Source: Squalus acanthias (lineage: Eukaryota). From it: 64,000 bases of DNA. A program made the position numbers and the translations under genes. Positions 11,628 to 23,303 of this stretch are shown here, piece after piece (the stretch's first letter is position 1; each line of letters opens with the position of its first letter). The stretch is taken from the NCBI GenBank assembly GCA_030390025.1, contig CM059432.1, positions 92,816,001 through 92,880,000 of the forward strand, given 5' to 3'. Under the pieces are notes generated by a model. It was not told the origin of the DNA. It was given only the letters and a program-made list of their open reading frames with translations, and did not search any database.

Positions 11628-12939
11628 ATGATGTAATTTTGGCCTAAACCCATCATTTGTATGGGTTGCACTCTTGCTAGGGTGGATGCTCCTTACACCA
11701 TCGCTTACTTCCAACAGAATTTAGGGTGTTGCTTAAATGAAGCATTTGGCTGGCAGATCCTCTCTCATTCCCAAATTCCGCACCCCGACTCCCATAGATT
11801 CTCCAGGCTTATGCCCCACCAATCCATCAGAATTCCTGGGCCCTCGCATTTGTGTACTTACAGACTATTGTTTTACATACCACTTCTAGTTTTCTCTCAC
11901 TTATGATGTTCCCATTTTATTCTCAATTATTCTTTTTCTTTGACATTTACATCTCTCTTGAGGGTTTCCATACTTATATAAATGACTTTAGCTTCAGGTT
12001 TGTTCTATTGTAATTTCTGTCACACTCTGTGCTTTCCTGTAGGATTTTTGTTACAGTGCCTGTTGCTTTGAGATGTCCTTCCTTTTACTCTAGTACTATT
12101 CAATACTTGTTTCTTTAAGTTTAGTTTGGTTTCCTTAATCTCAATTATCACTAACTTTTGTTCTCTCTCCCTGTCCTTTTCCTTTAAGTGAAAAATTCAC
12201 TTCAGTCTCTCCTTCTTTCTGTCTTATTTCCTCAGACGATCTGCTCCTTGACCCTGGTGCTACTTTATTAACATTCTTTTCCTTCTTACACAGTTGGGGC
12301 TCCACCTCCTTCCTCTCATTCAGCTCACCCATCTTTCTGACTGTTTCATTAATTGTTTTCCCCCCCTAAGAGCTGGATTGAAAATTCTTGGGGCCCTGAG
12401 CACCAAGAACATTTGGAGCTTGTTCCGGTTCCACACACATAACCACACACAACCCGTCCCCCGTCACAATCCATTAATACACAAACGAGTAGTAAAATGC
12501 AGGATGAAATAGGTCTGTAGAATGTTTACAAGCTGCATTAATAACAAAGCAAATCATATCACAATATACTACAAATTAAACTGATCTAGCAGTTGCATGC
12601 AGTTTTTCTGCATTATGGTGAGTTTTACTGGAGGTCCCATAATTAGCTGCGGCCTCTGGGTACAGGCCCCATAGGCCCTTGCGTTAATCCATCCCTGCCT
12701 TTCCTCACTGCTGCTATTAGAACACTCACACACCCCACTGGGGAAAGGGGTCTCTGGCAAAACTTTTTAAAAGCATTCTACAAACGCCTGGAAGCAGCAG
12801 AACACTGTCCAATGGCAAGGTAAGTAGTTGACAAGAAGTTTGCTGGCAATTTCCATCAAATTATTTGACGACATCTCTCACTCACAACATTAGTCCAGAT
12901 TGGCAACATCATGCCCACTTAGGTGGCAGCTGTGCTCAT

Positions 12940-13160
12940 TGGGCACCATACCAGGGCAGTAGGCAGAAGAAGTACAACTGGCTTATTTGATGAAGATTTT
13001 CAAGCCCTCCTCCAAGAGGTACAAAACAAGAGCCTCCCACTCCTGGGTCTTGCTTTCACCAAGCTAGACACCAACATCACCTGCAGGGAGCTGGCACTGG
13101 CACTGATCAACTCCTCACATGCTGGACTGATCAACAATGCAGAAAGAAATGAAAAGACTA
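12940..13160 (+). pseudogene. Decayed Myb/SANT-like domain of a Harbinger element
   Basis: LFDEDFQALLQEVQ, followed in another frame by TDQQCRKK*KD* (the first stop falls at the conserved W). Confidence 0.6.
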
Positions 13161-13639
13161 ACATGTCACCACACTCTTCCTTTCCTCCGTGCCCATGGCA
13201 CCACCACACAGTTTACCCTCTTAAAGCAATACTCTCATTACTAATCTTCCACATAGCTCTGGATAAGAGCGCCTGCAACTCCCCTAAGATATATCAACTG
13301 CCTTGAATAATCCCAGAACACCTTCCTCCTTACACCCCCAAATCTCTCACCTTTCCCATCACAATTGCCACACACTCCTTAACTGACAGCCTTATCTTCA
13401 CACACACAACCTTCCACCCCCTTTGCTTGCAATACAGGAAATGTTTACTTTGAAATACACTGGACACTTGTCTTGTGATTTGTTATTTCTGAACATTACA
13501 GTAAATTAGGAAATAGACCATTCAGTAGGTCCAGACTTACACCACACAGGTGAAGATTCCTGATAAGGTCCGGCTGGGCTAAAGAGATCTGCTTTTGTTG
13601 GGTGCATAGAAGAAGGTAAGTCTGAGGTACTGCCACTAA

Positions 13640-13900
13640 ATCGGTAAGTTGATGAAGAAATCCTGCAGAATCTGCCCTCTGCTGTCCCCTGAAGCAGTGG
13701 GTAAGGACTCAGCCTGGTTTGCCTCACAGACAAGCTGGACCTCCTGGGAATGTAACCCCTTCCTATTCACATACGTTAGCGGCTGCTGGTTGGCACTTTC
13801 GGTGCAACGTGAGTGCCATCCTGGCATCCTGCACCCTGGGGAATCCAGCTGTCCTGTAGAAGTCTCTGGCTCTGAGCTTCTGCCACCTTGGGACAATGCC
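13640..13900 (-). pseudogene. PIF/Harbinger (HARBI1-like) DDE transposase remnant
   Basis: FYRTAGFPRVQ and YVNRKGLHSQEVQLVCE match the GFP.V.G.IDC and NRKG.HS.NVQ.VCD core motifs; convergent with the Myb-like remnant at 12940-13160. Confidence 0.8.
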
Positions 13901-13991
13901 AAAGTGGAGGAATTTGGCTGGTCTATGAAAGAGGGCATCTGTCACCTGCCAGATACATGTCCTGACAGTTCCCTGACTAATGTTGTACAGA

Positions 13992-14335
13992 TAGAAAGAC
14001 TTGCAGTTATACCGCGCCTTTCTCGACCACCGCATGTCCCAAAGCACTTTCCAGCCAATTAAGTACTTTTTGAAGTGTAGTCACTGTTGTAATGTAGGAA
14101 ACGCCTCAGCCATATTGCGCACAGCAAGCTCCCACAAGCAGCAATGTGATAATGACCAAATAATCTGTTTTTATGATGTTGGTTGAGGGATAAATATTGG
14201 CCAGGACACCGGGGATAACTCTTTTTCAAAATAGTGCCATGGGATCTTTTACACCCACCTGAGAGAGCAGACGGGGCCTTGGTTTAACGTCTCATCCAAA
14301 AGATGGCACCTCCAACAGTGCAGCACTCCCTCAGT
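13992..14335 (-). mobile_element. Deu-domain SINE fragment (SacSINE1/AmnSINE1-like) with L2-type 3' tail
   Basis: rc contains GTGCTGCACTGTTGGAGGTGCCATCTTTTGGATGAGACGTTAAACC...AAAAGATCCCATGGCACTATTT...GTGTCCTGGCCAATATTTATCCCTCAACCAACATC and ends GAAAGGCGCGGTATAACTGCAAGTCTTTCT; recognised from memory of DeuSINE consensus, not by search. Confidence 0.7.
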
Positions 14336-15019
14336 GGAAGGATACAGTAAAAGTAGACGACTGTTGTCACTTTAATTGCGACAGACAGCAGTTGGGGCAG
14401 TGGAGCAAATCTGCAAATATTCATCATAAAGTTGGTGGGAATTCCCAATGGCATCGTTGTAAAGGCACAGCCGTCAGATGCACAGCTCCTTGGAAATTTC
14501 CTTGCACTCTTCAGCTCACCAACTCCTCACGAATGTAATGATAGGGGAAGCTGTTAGCGCATTTTCTTTCCCGTGTAAACTTAACTGAGTGCAGGAGTGG
14601 CATAAACACTGGAAACTTGAACAGTGCAGCTATGCAACTGATCCCTGAGAGGTTTTATTGGGTGTAAGATTTGACCTGTTAAAAAAGATTGAGGAAACTT
14701 GCATTTTACACAATAACATTATAAATGTACCCAAATGTACTAAAACGCAAATTTCCTTGATCATTTCAGCCCAGTAACAGCATAACATGGTGTAAATTCT
14801 GACGATAAAGAGGAAATTCAGGGCCCAGATCTTTTTAATGCACTATGACCTTTATGTGCTTTTCTCACGTGTAACTTCCTGAATCTAGATCCTACTCGTG
14901 CACCCAAAGGTAGCTGCTGCAGTCTTCTAGTTCTCTTTTTCAGCTCTGTTTTATCTGGGCTCCGTGCTCTCTTTTTGATGCTGCAAATTTGGAGATTCCA
15001 ACAAATCGCCCTTACATAA

Positions 15020-15113
15020 ATAAAGAGAGAATATGCTGGAAATGCTCAGCAGGTCAGGCAGTATCTGTGGAGAGAGAAACAGAGTTAACGTTCCAGGTCG
15101 ATGACCTTTTGTC
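15020..15113 (-). mobile_element. Penelope pseudo-LTR fragment (second family)
   Basis: rc AAAAGGTCATCGACCTGGAACGTTAACTCTGTTTCTCTCTCCACAGAT, the same family as 22690-22745. Confidence 0.7.
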
Positions 15114-15128
15114 TCACTTACATATGTC

Positions 15129-16378
15129 CTAGAATCATAGAAATTTACGGCACAGAAGGAGACCATTCAGCCCATCATGTCTGTGTTGGCCGAAAAAGAG
15201 CTATCCAGCCTAATCCCACTTTCCAGTTCTTGGTCCGTTGCCCTGTAGGTGACACCACTTCAAGTGCATATCCAAGTACTTTCTAATTGAGGGTTTCTGC
15301 CTCTACGCTCCTTTCAGGCAGTGAGGTCCAGACTCCCACCACCCTCTGGGTGAAAAAAGGTTCTCCTCAACTACCCTCTAATCCTTCTACCAATTACTTT
15401 AAATCTATGCCCCCCTGGTTATTGACCTCTCTGCTAAGGGAAATAGTTCCTTCCTATCCACTCTATCTAGGCCCCTCATAATTTTATACACCTCAATTAT
15501 GTCTCTCCTCAGCCTCCTCTGTTCCAAGGAAAACAACCCCAGCCTATCCAAATCTTTCCTCCTGGCTAAAATTCTCCAGTCTTGGCAACATCCTTGTATA
15601 TCTCCCCTGAGTGCAATCACATCTTTCCTGTAATGTGGTGACCAGAACTGTTCCTCTATACTTCTCAGTATCCTGCCGTTTATTATGTATTCCCTTGCCT
15701 TGTTAGTCCTCCCCAAATGCATTTCCTCACACTTCTCCAGATTGAATTCCATTTGCCATATTTCTGCCCACTTGACCAGTCCATTAATATCTTCCTGCAG
15801 TCTACAGCTTTCTTCCTCATTATCAACCACACGGCCAATTTTTGTATCATCTGCAAACTTCATAATCATTGAAGTCTAAATCATTGATATATACCACAAA
15901 AAGCAAGTGACCTAGTACTGAGCCCTGCGGAACCCCACTGGAAACAGCCTTCCAGTCACAAAAACACCCGTCAACCATTACCCTTTGCTTTCTGCCACTG
16001 AGCCAATTTTGGTTCCAACTTGTCACTTTTCCTTGGAACCTATGGGCTTTTACTTTTCTGACCGGTCTGCCATGTGCGGCCTTGTCAAAAGCCTTTCTAA
16101 AATCCAGGTAGACTACATCAAACGCGCTACCCTCATTGACCCTCCTTGTTACCTCCTCAAAAAATTCAATCAAGTTAGAATCATGACTTTCCCATAACAA
16201 ATCCATGCTGACTTTCTAAATGATGATTAATACTGTCCCTCAGAAATTTTTCCAATAATTTTCCCACCATTGAGGTTAGGCTGACTGGCCTGTAATTACT
16301 CAGTCCAGCCCTTTCTCCCTTTTTAAACAATGGTACAACATTAGCAGTCTTCCAGACCTCTGGCACCACACCTGTACC
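15129..16378 (-). mobile_element. Decayed 5'-truncated CR1 LINE
   Basis: ORF pieces NYRPVSLTS, GVPQGSVLG and KFADDTK; TAGAATCATAGAA tail. Confidence 0.92.
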
Positions 16379-17479
16379 TGTCATCAGAGATTAGTAACCA
16401 TCATTGTTAAATATGGTGAGGAATATATAAGCATGTGGTCCCTGATAATCCACAGGCCTTTCCGGCATACTCCTAGAGAAAGTTTTTGGGGAGGGAGCCT
16501 ATTTCAGGCAGACCCTCCATCTACCCCAAACATACCCCCTTACTTGGCCGGAAGGAGGGAAATCCCAGGGTGGAAATTTCCTCAGCTCTAGCCTGGATTA
16601 CACCGAGCGGTTGATGCACCAGGAGAAATTAGCCTGTTCAGCGATGGATGTGGAGCCCATCTGGGGATCTAGGCTTGGGTCCTGGCCTGACCTCCGAAGA
16701 AAACCCGCCTAAGGGGGCCTTTGGGCCTTTTAAATCCCCTAACTTGGGCTGGGGCTTCTAGATAAGAAGTGAGAGACTGCCCAACACTCCATTACCCACC
16801 CTCACCCCACCCTGGCAGGAACCCAGGATGTTCCCATAGGGGCGAAGGTGCCCGCCAGTCAAATACGAATCAGGCATCCTCCCCTAACCCCGGATACTCC
16901 AGATTCCCAGTAGGTGGATCCTGGCACTTATGCCGGGATAGGCGGCTGACAGATTTTTAGGGTCATGGGGAATATAGTTTTTGAAATACTATTTGTTGAA
17001 TAACCTGTTACTTTTCTGTTTAAATTTGTTTACTTCATAATTTTGCAATAGATCCCAATCAATAGTGGTAATGCACAGTATTTAAACAGACAAGCAAACT
17101 GATATAATAAAAAGGTTAATATGCTTGTAGTCTGATTCATTTCTGTATTATTAAGATTAATTATCGAACAGAAAGCACTGACACAGACATCTCATCAACC
17201 AGATGAAACGGACCAATTTCCATAATTATGGATATTTTGATAATCCCTTGGCTGATTGGAAGAGAATGAAGGATGAAGGGTCATTCAGTTATTGCACCTG
17301 AACTGTTACAGACACAAGTTATCGACCAAGTGCAGGAATTAATAAAGAGAAGAGAATAGTGCAAAAATTAAAAAGTATGACAGTTATATTCTACATTTAT
17401 AGTAACTTAGAAACACTCATGAGAATCCATGTTGTTGTGATCAGCCTATCAACTACCAATTCCCTCAAACCACTCCAAA

Positions 17480-17649
17480 AGGCTTTCAAAAGGGAGTTGG
17501 ATAAGTACCTGAAGGAAAAAAATTGCAGGGCTTCGGGGAAAGGGCGGGTGAGTGGGAATAGCTGAAGTGCTCTTGCAGAGAGCTGGCATGGACTCGACGG
17601 GCCGAATGGCCTCCTTCTGTGCTGTAACCATTCTATGATTCTATGATTC
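17480..17649 (+). mobile_element. CR1 3'-end fragment
   Basis: FKRELDKYL C-terminus, GGGCCGAATGGCCT motif and (TTCTATGA)n tail. Confidence 0.85.
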
Positions 17650-19629
17650 AAAGCAGAAGGCTTTACCGCTCTCTCTCCATCTTGGGTCTCAGGGTGTGAC
17701 ATTTTCTTCAAATACCTCTGTGAGTGCAGCTGTTAACTGCGATCTTCTCCTTGGCAATTTTCTTCATATCATTCTCTGTCACCCTGCCAGATTGGATTAT
17801 GATCCCTCAGTCACCTTTCTCCAGGCTATTCCACAAAAATTGGGATTTAGTGGATTTATGGTTTTTCCTAAAACAAAATAACAGTTTGGCTGCTCAGAAT
17901 GTGAACTTAGTAAAATGCAGCAGGTCTTAGTAAATTGCAGCACATCCAACATGCTCAATATCGCCTTTAACTTGTTTTCACCTTAATAATTTGTATGTAA
18001 TTCATATTAAAGCTTCTGTGACTTTTCCTTGGTGGCGAGAAGTTGCAATTCTTTCATTTGTCCACTAGGTGAAGCTTTGCAGAAAGGAGCCTCTGGTTTG
18101 AGTTGCAGGAATTTTCTGGTAGGTCTTTGTTAACCAATCAGATTCTACAGAACCATCTGGAATCCTGACAGACTTATGACAGCATTTGTTACTGGGGTGG
18201 GTCCAATAATGTAGAAGGCTTGTGCTATTCAAAGCTGCAGTAAAATGTAAGGAGTGTTTTAGACTATTCTTTTCCCAGTGGTTACGTCTTCAAAATAATC
18301 AATAGGATTTTACAGTATCACCCTGATTTAGAACTCGTAGCACTATTTTTATCTGGATTTTTATGAGTCAGAGTGCGTTTCAGTTTACTATGTAGGGAGG
18401 ATCAAATGTCTTTACTTCGATTGGATAACATAATTTTTGTTTTATAGCAAGGACTTTGATCCGGTTTAAATTTCATTATGTTTTAGGGTTGGTGGAGCAT
18501 TAACACTATGGGTAGAGGGTTAGTTTTTCTGTAACTGTGGAGGCCTTAAAAAAGCAAAAAAAAATTTTGTATACAAAGAAATACCTAGCACATAGCTAAA
18601 CACTAATACATATAATCTTATTAATACTTTCCTGCCTTTTAAAATCTTCCACATTTTTATAAAGCAACTTATATCATTTTATTTGGTTAATTTACTATGT
18701 GAGAAATTGTACTGCCTGTGTCGTTTGTAGAATCCTGGAGTTACACACAACTTTAAACATTCAGGGCAAATGTTTCTTTACTTTCTGAGAACTAATTCTT
18801 AACTATTTTAAGACTTTTTTGTAACATGTGCAAGAGATAAGATGAAAATTATAGGATACTCGTCGATCTCCCCACATTGTACACGGGAATAAAGCAGGGT
18901 TAGAGGGTGAGGGTGGGGGTAGGGGGTGTAATTGGACTGGGGGAGGAGGGGGAGAGGCGAGGAGGGGAGGCAAAGAGGAGGTGTTAAAAAGCTGTGCAGT
19001 TGGACAAAGGCCAAAATGTTTTTGGGGGGTGGGGTTCCAAGGCTAAACTGTTTCTTGGTGGTGGAGGAGTTGGACAAAGGGTACAGGCCCTAAATGCTGC
19101 TTAGTGGGAGGAGGGGGGTTCCCAATAGCAAATTGCTGCTCAGAAAGCTGTACAGCCTGAGGAACAAAAGATGCCAGGAGCCAAGGGCAGAGGAACACTT
19201 GCCCTAGGATTAGCCAAAAGCTAAGAGGAAGGGAAAAACTGCACCAGGAACATTTGGGCTGGGGGGCCCTGAGTTATCAGTGAACACATCGTAGGCCAGC
19301 AGGGGCGAGGACAGTCCAGATATTAGCAGTGTTGGGACAACGGGAGCCAGCAGGGGCATTGGATTTGAGCAGCATGCATGCCAATGGCAGCGGCCTTGTG
19401 GACCCAGCAGCAGTATGAAGACAACACACCAAAAGCTGGGAGTAAGGCCACGAGAAACTGGAGCCTATGGATCTGGAACTTCAGGAAACCTGTACAGGGG
19501 AAAAATACGCAAAAAATTAAATTACATTTAAACATTCTTCTTACCTCCTTTCCTTGCCTATACTAACGTGACTTATTGAATGGAGGCTGTAAGACTTGAG
19601 ATGCTCCACAGTGATACTATGAACCTTGG

Positions 19630-20397
19630 GAAGAAACTAAAAAAGAGTAGGGTCAACTTGATCCAGAAACTCGCCGGATCCACATGGGGAGCAGATGCTC
19701 AAATCCTCCGTACGGCAGCACTCGACCTGGTGTACTCCACTGCTCTCCGGCATGGCTATCAAGTCCGCATGTCAAATCCGTTGATGTCCAGCTGAATTCT
19801 ACTCTGAGAATTATCACCGGTACATTTTTATCGACACTAACACCTTGGCTGCCCGTGCTTGCAAACACCACACTTACGCCGTGAATATGCAATCTCCAGA
19901 GAATACAACCGCTACACCAGCAAAGACATGCCGATCCAGGCCGACTTGAACAAACTACCACCAACCCGTCTCAAATCTAGAAGGCCATTTTGGACCGTCG
20001 CCGAAGCCCTTCAACGATCACCCCTCAGCCTTGATGACCGATGGCGAAATGCTTGGGAAAACTGCGACATACGGAATGGATTCCTTATAGAGGACCCCAC
20101 AGTGCAACCTAAAGGATCAAACCTTCCTCGCAAACAGTGGACAACCATCAACCGCCTCAGAGCCGGTCATGGTAGATGCTGCCACCTTCTCCATAGATGG
20201 AAGATTAAAACATCCTCATCATGCGACTGTGGAGCTCCTAATCAGACCCTGGAGCACATCATTGAGCACTGCCCTCAGAGGAAATTTGCAGGCAGCCTAC
20301 AAGATATCCACGCTGTTACACCGGAAGCTTTGGCATGGATATCCAACTTAGATATTGACATTTGATTTGCTTTGCTACTACCATACAAAAGAAGAAG
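19630..20397 (+). mobile_element. 5'-truncated Vingi/Ingi-like (I group) non-LTR retrotransposon
   Basis: KLAGSTWGADAQILRTAALDLVYSTA; C-terminal NRLRAGHG...CDCGAPNQTLEHIIEHCP zinc finger; short 3' UTR ending AAAAGAAGAAG; no RNase H seen between the RT thumb and zinc finger. Confidence 0.7.
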
Positions 20398-21099
20398 TGG
20401 ACAGAGCCTGAAAGTGCTTGCAGTTATTTTTACTATTGACTCCCTATACTGTAGTAGCTATTTTAGCAGCTAATGTCACAGTTAACATTGACAACCCTAT
20501 CACAGCGTCCCCTAGAGGTGTAGCAGGTACTGCAGATAGATGTTGCCACTTTTAAACTGTGTTTTCCCATAATGAAACCTGACATCTGAGATGGAATGTT
20601 GCAACACACTCAGCATTTTTAATATATAATAGATATTGTTCAGTCACCATTGTTGGTGGAGCCAGAGTGAAATGTATGCTCCCGCATGGTTGCAAAATCG
20701 AGTAGACATTGATCTTGCCAGATTATTGCCATGTACAAACCTCTGGCCTGGCTTTAAGGCGGCATTAGGAACTCTCACTAAAAACAGGCAAGAGCTTCAT
20801 TTTAATATTTAAATCTATTGCATGCATTAGTAAAGGGTAATAAGAATAACAGTAAAAGGGCAGTACTAACCCTGAGCTTCAGTGATGTTTCCAGGTTCAA
20901 TTTGGCACACTCACTCTATATTGTCTGGCCCCACTATGTCCAGCAAGACCTGTTCATAAGGACTGAGGGTCTGAAATGAGGGGTACCCTACAGTTCTGGT
21001 CTACTCCCCCATGTTATGTGTCACTTTGTCCTGCAGCAGAGAATAGCGCTGTGATGTTGGAAGTTTGAAGAGCACATAAAGAATGACAGCCAGCTGGCT

Positions 21100-21190
21100 T
21101 GGAACAGGAGTAGGCCATTCAGCCCCTTGAGCCTGTTCCGCCATTCATTTAGATCATGGCTGATCTGTATCTTAACTCCATCTACCTGCC
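21100..21190 (-). mobile_element. CR1 3' UTR fragment
   Basis: GGAACAGGAGTAGGCCATTCAGCCC...GATCATGGCTGATC, matching the other CR1 3' ends in the window. Confidence 0.75.
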
Positions 21191-21719
21191 TGGTGTTCCA
21201 GTTTCTGTGTGAGTAAATTAATATGCAGCATGCAGGGTAGTTGTGTGGTAAGCTTGTTTTGTGGGATCACCTTTTCAAATGGTCATGCAACAATAATCCC
21301 AGTTTGAATGGCAGAAATAAGGTATGCCCTGCTATAGTATGGGAATGTATGTGAAGCCTGGAAAGAGCTGCTTTAGGAACACAGGAATTGCTGGACAAAA
21401 AAGACCAAATCTCTGTCTAGTTTGGTAGTCGCATGATACAGTGATAATGGAGTTGTCAGGCATGACACGAGGAAAACCCCAGTGGTGGAGAGCTTTGGGA
21501 ACCACCTTTTTCCTCTTAGGCATGCTACACTTACCACATGCCATGTCTCTATCTGAAAATGTTATTTTCTGAAAGAAATCTATCTAATTTGTATTTGAAT
21601 GAATCGTTTGTGGGGGCTTATCATGCTGCCTCAGTCAGGTTGTACTAGGCTGAGAGGAAACTGTTTGTAGCCTGCCTCCTTTGCCCATCTACTTGATATA
21701 CTGCAATGCTGGCTACCCT

Positions 21720-21890
21720 TACCTTGGCAGACTTCCTGAGGTTATTAACTTTTTCCTCATCTGCTCCCACATCCTCTGGGTGTTTGTCACTGCAGTGACT
21801 CTGGTAACCAACTCCTGCCAAGCAGCCTAGATTTCTATTTGCTGCACTTCTTCTGTCAGCATCTCTGTCTGAAAATGGAGATTCTCTGCC
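21720..21890 (-). pseudogene. Decayed Myb/SANT-like exon (Harbinger type)
   Basis: AAWQELVTRVTAVTNTQRMWEQMRKK/NNLR followed by an AAG|GTAAGG donor-like site at ~21722. Confidence 0.6.
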
Positions 21891-22149
21891 CCATTAATTG
21901 CCGCCACTGAAAGAAAATCCAATGCCGAAGTCTCATAGTCTTAGCTATCATTACAGGTAGACTATTAATACGATGCAATTTGTTTTAAAAGTATTACTAG
22001 TGCATTATCTGGACAATAGCTTTATGTAACTAGAATGTATTTTGACCCTTAACATTAGACTACTGGTAGATCCAGGGAAATTCCATATATCCTTATGGTT
22101 ACTCACGTCAAGGTACAAAGGAACGCAACATACCTAGCAAGATGCATAT

Positions 22150-22445
22150 TTTTCTGTGGTTTAGGATCAGGAAAGACTATTTCCTCAGATTGGGAAGTCA
22201 GTAAGAAGGGCTTACAATTTAAAATTATCACTAAGAGAGTGAGGGGAGAGGTGAGGAGACACTTCTTTATGCAGAGAGTTGATCATGGAATGCCTTCCCA
22301 CAAGAATGGTTGAGGCAGAGACCATTGCAGGGAAAATTGGGTAAATAATTGAAGCAGATGAAAATAGGTCTATGGGGAGGCAGCAGGACAGTGGGATCAG
22401 TTTTGGATTGCTCTAGCAATGAGCAGGCACAGACACAATGGACCA
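22150..22445 (+). mobile_element. Old CR1 3' fragment
   Basis: EVRRHFFMQRV and 3' UTR similarity; similar to 37900-38200. Confidence 0.7.
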
Positions 22446-22820
22446 TTCATCAGAACTAGAAAAAGTTAGAGATGTAATAGATTTTACACCTCTTCTAGAC
22501 CCATCTTCTGTTTCTTTACTTGTCCTATTACCATCTCCTTTTGCTTTGTACAATCATACCTTTTGTCATTTAACCACTCCTGCCTTCCATCCTATCACAG
22601 ACCTTCCCTTTAGTTCTTTCCTCCCCTCCCCCCTTTCCCTGCCCCTGCACTTGCTTAAAATCTGTTATATCTCTAACTTTTTCCAGTTCTGACAAAAGGT
22701 CATCGACCTGAAACGTTAACTCTGTTTCTCTCTCCACAGATGCTGCCTGACCTGCTGAGGATTTCCAGCATTTTCTGTTTTTATTTCAGATTTCCAGCAT
22801 CTGCAGTATTTTGCTTTTGT
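22446..22820 (+). mobile_element. Penelope pseudo-LTR with inverted partial copy and hammerhead-like motif
   Basis: CTGACAA-A-AGGTC-atc-GACCT-GAAACGTTAAC at 22689-22720; 22446-22486 is an inverted copy of 22656-22696. Confidence 0.75.
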
Positions 22821-22849
22821 ATCTGTGTCTTTCATACGTACTCACAAGA

Positions 22850-23300
22850 TAGAGACATCATCAAGCAGTTCAGAGAGCTAAGTAAGTATATGGGTTATTT
22901 TAACTATCCTAAAATAGACTGGAATAAAGGTATTGCATCCGGTCAGAGTTGGGAATACTTTTAAGAATGCATCCAGGTCTGCTTCATAGATTAGTATGTT
23001 TTTAGTCGAATAAGGAAATAAGCATTGCTTGATTTAGTCTTGGGAAATGAAGTGGGAAAATAACTGACATGAGAGTAGGAGAACAATTGGTGAATAATGA
23101 TTACAACAAAGGTTCAATGTCAGAACAGAAAAGAATAATGGAGAGTCAAAGATAAGGGTGCTGGACTACAAAAAGGCAAAGTTCAGCGAGATAAAAGGAA
23201 TGTGGCCCAAATTAACTGGGTAAAAAAGTTAGTACACAAATCGTCAGATCAGCAGTGAGAAATCTTCAAATATAAGATGCACAGACTAAAATCAAAATAG
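22850..23300 (+). mobile_element. Old CR1 endonuclease-region fragment
   Basis: MGYFNYPKIDW (GDFN.P.IDW motif) and an LLDLVLGNE-like sequence, heavily decayed. Confidence 0.6.
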
Positions 23301-23303
23301 ATA

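Noticed and set aside
11860..12370. Purine-rich minus-strand stretch resembling a Lys/Glu-rich coding exon
   Set aside because: Several in-frame stops and no recognisable domain.
15100..16390. CR1 possibly inserted into a Penelope hammerhead core (TGTC on both sides)
   Set aside because: Only a 4-bp match, with unexplained bases at 15114-15128, and the rejoined sequence fits the family motif imperfectly.
16450..16965. GC-rich segment weakly similar to 55970-56420 and 32644-33240
   Set aside because: Probably old DNA-transposon debris; boundaries and TIRs could not be established.
18890..19120. G-rich tract with G-quadruplex potential
   Set aside because: Common in vertebrate DNA, with no supporting context.
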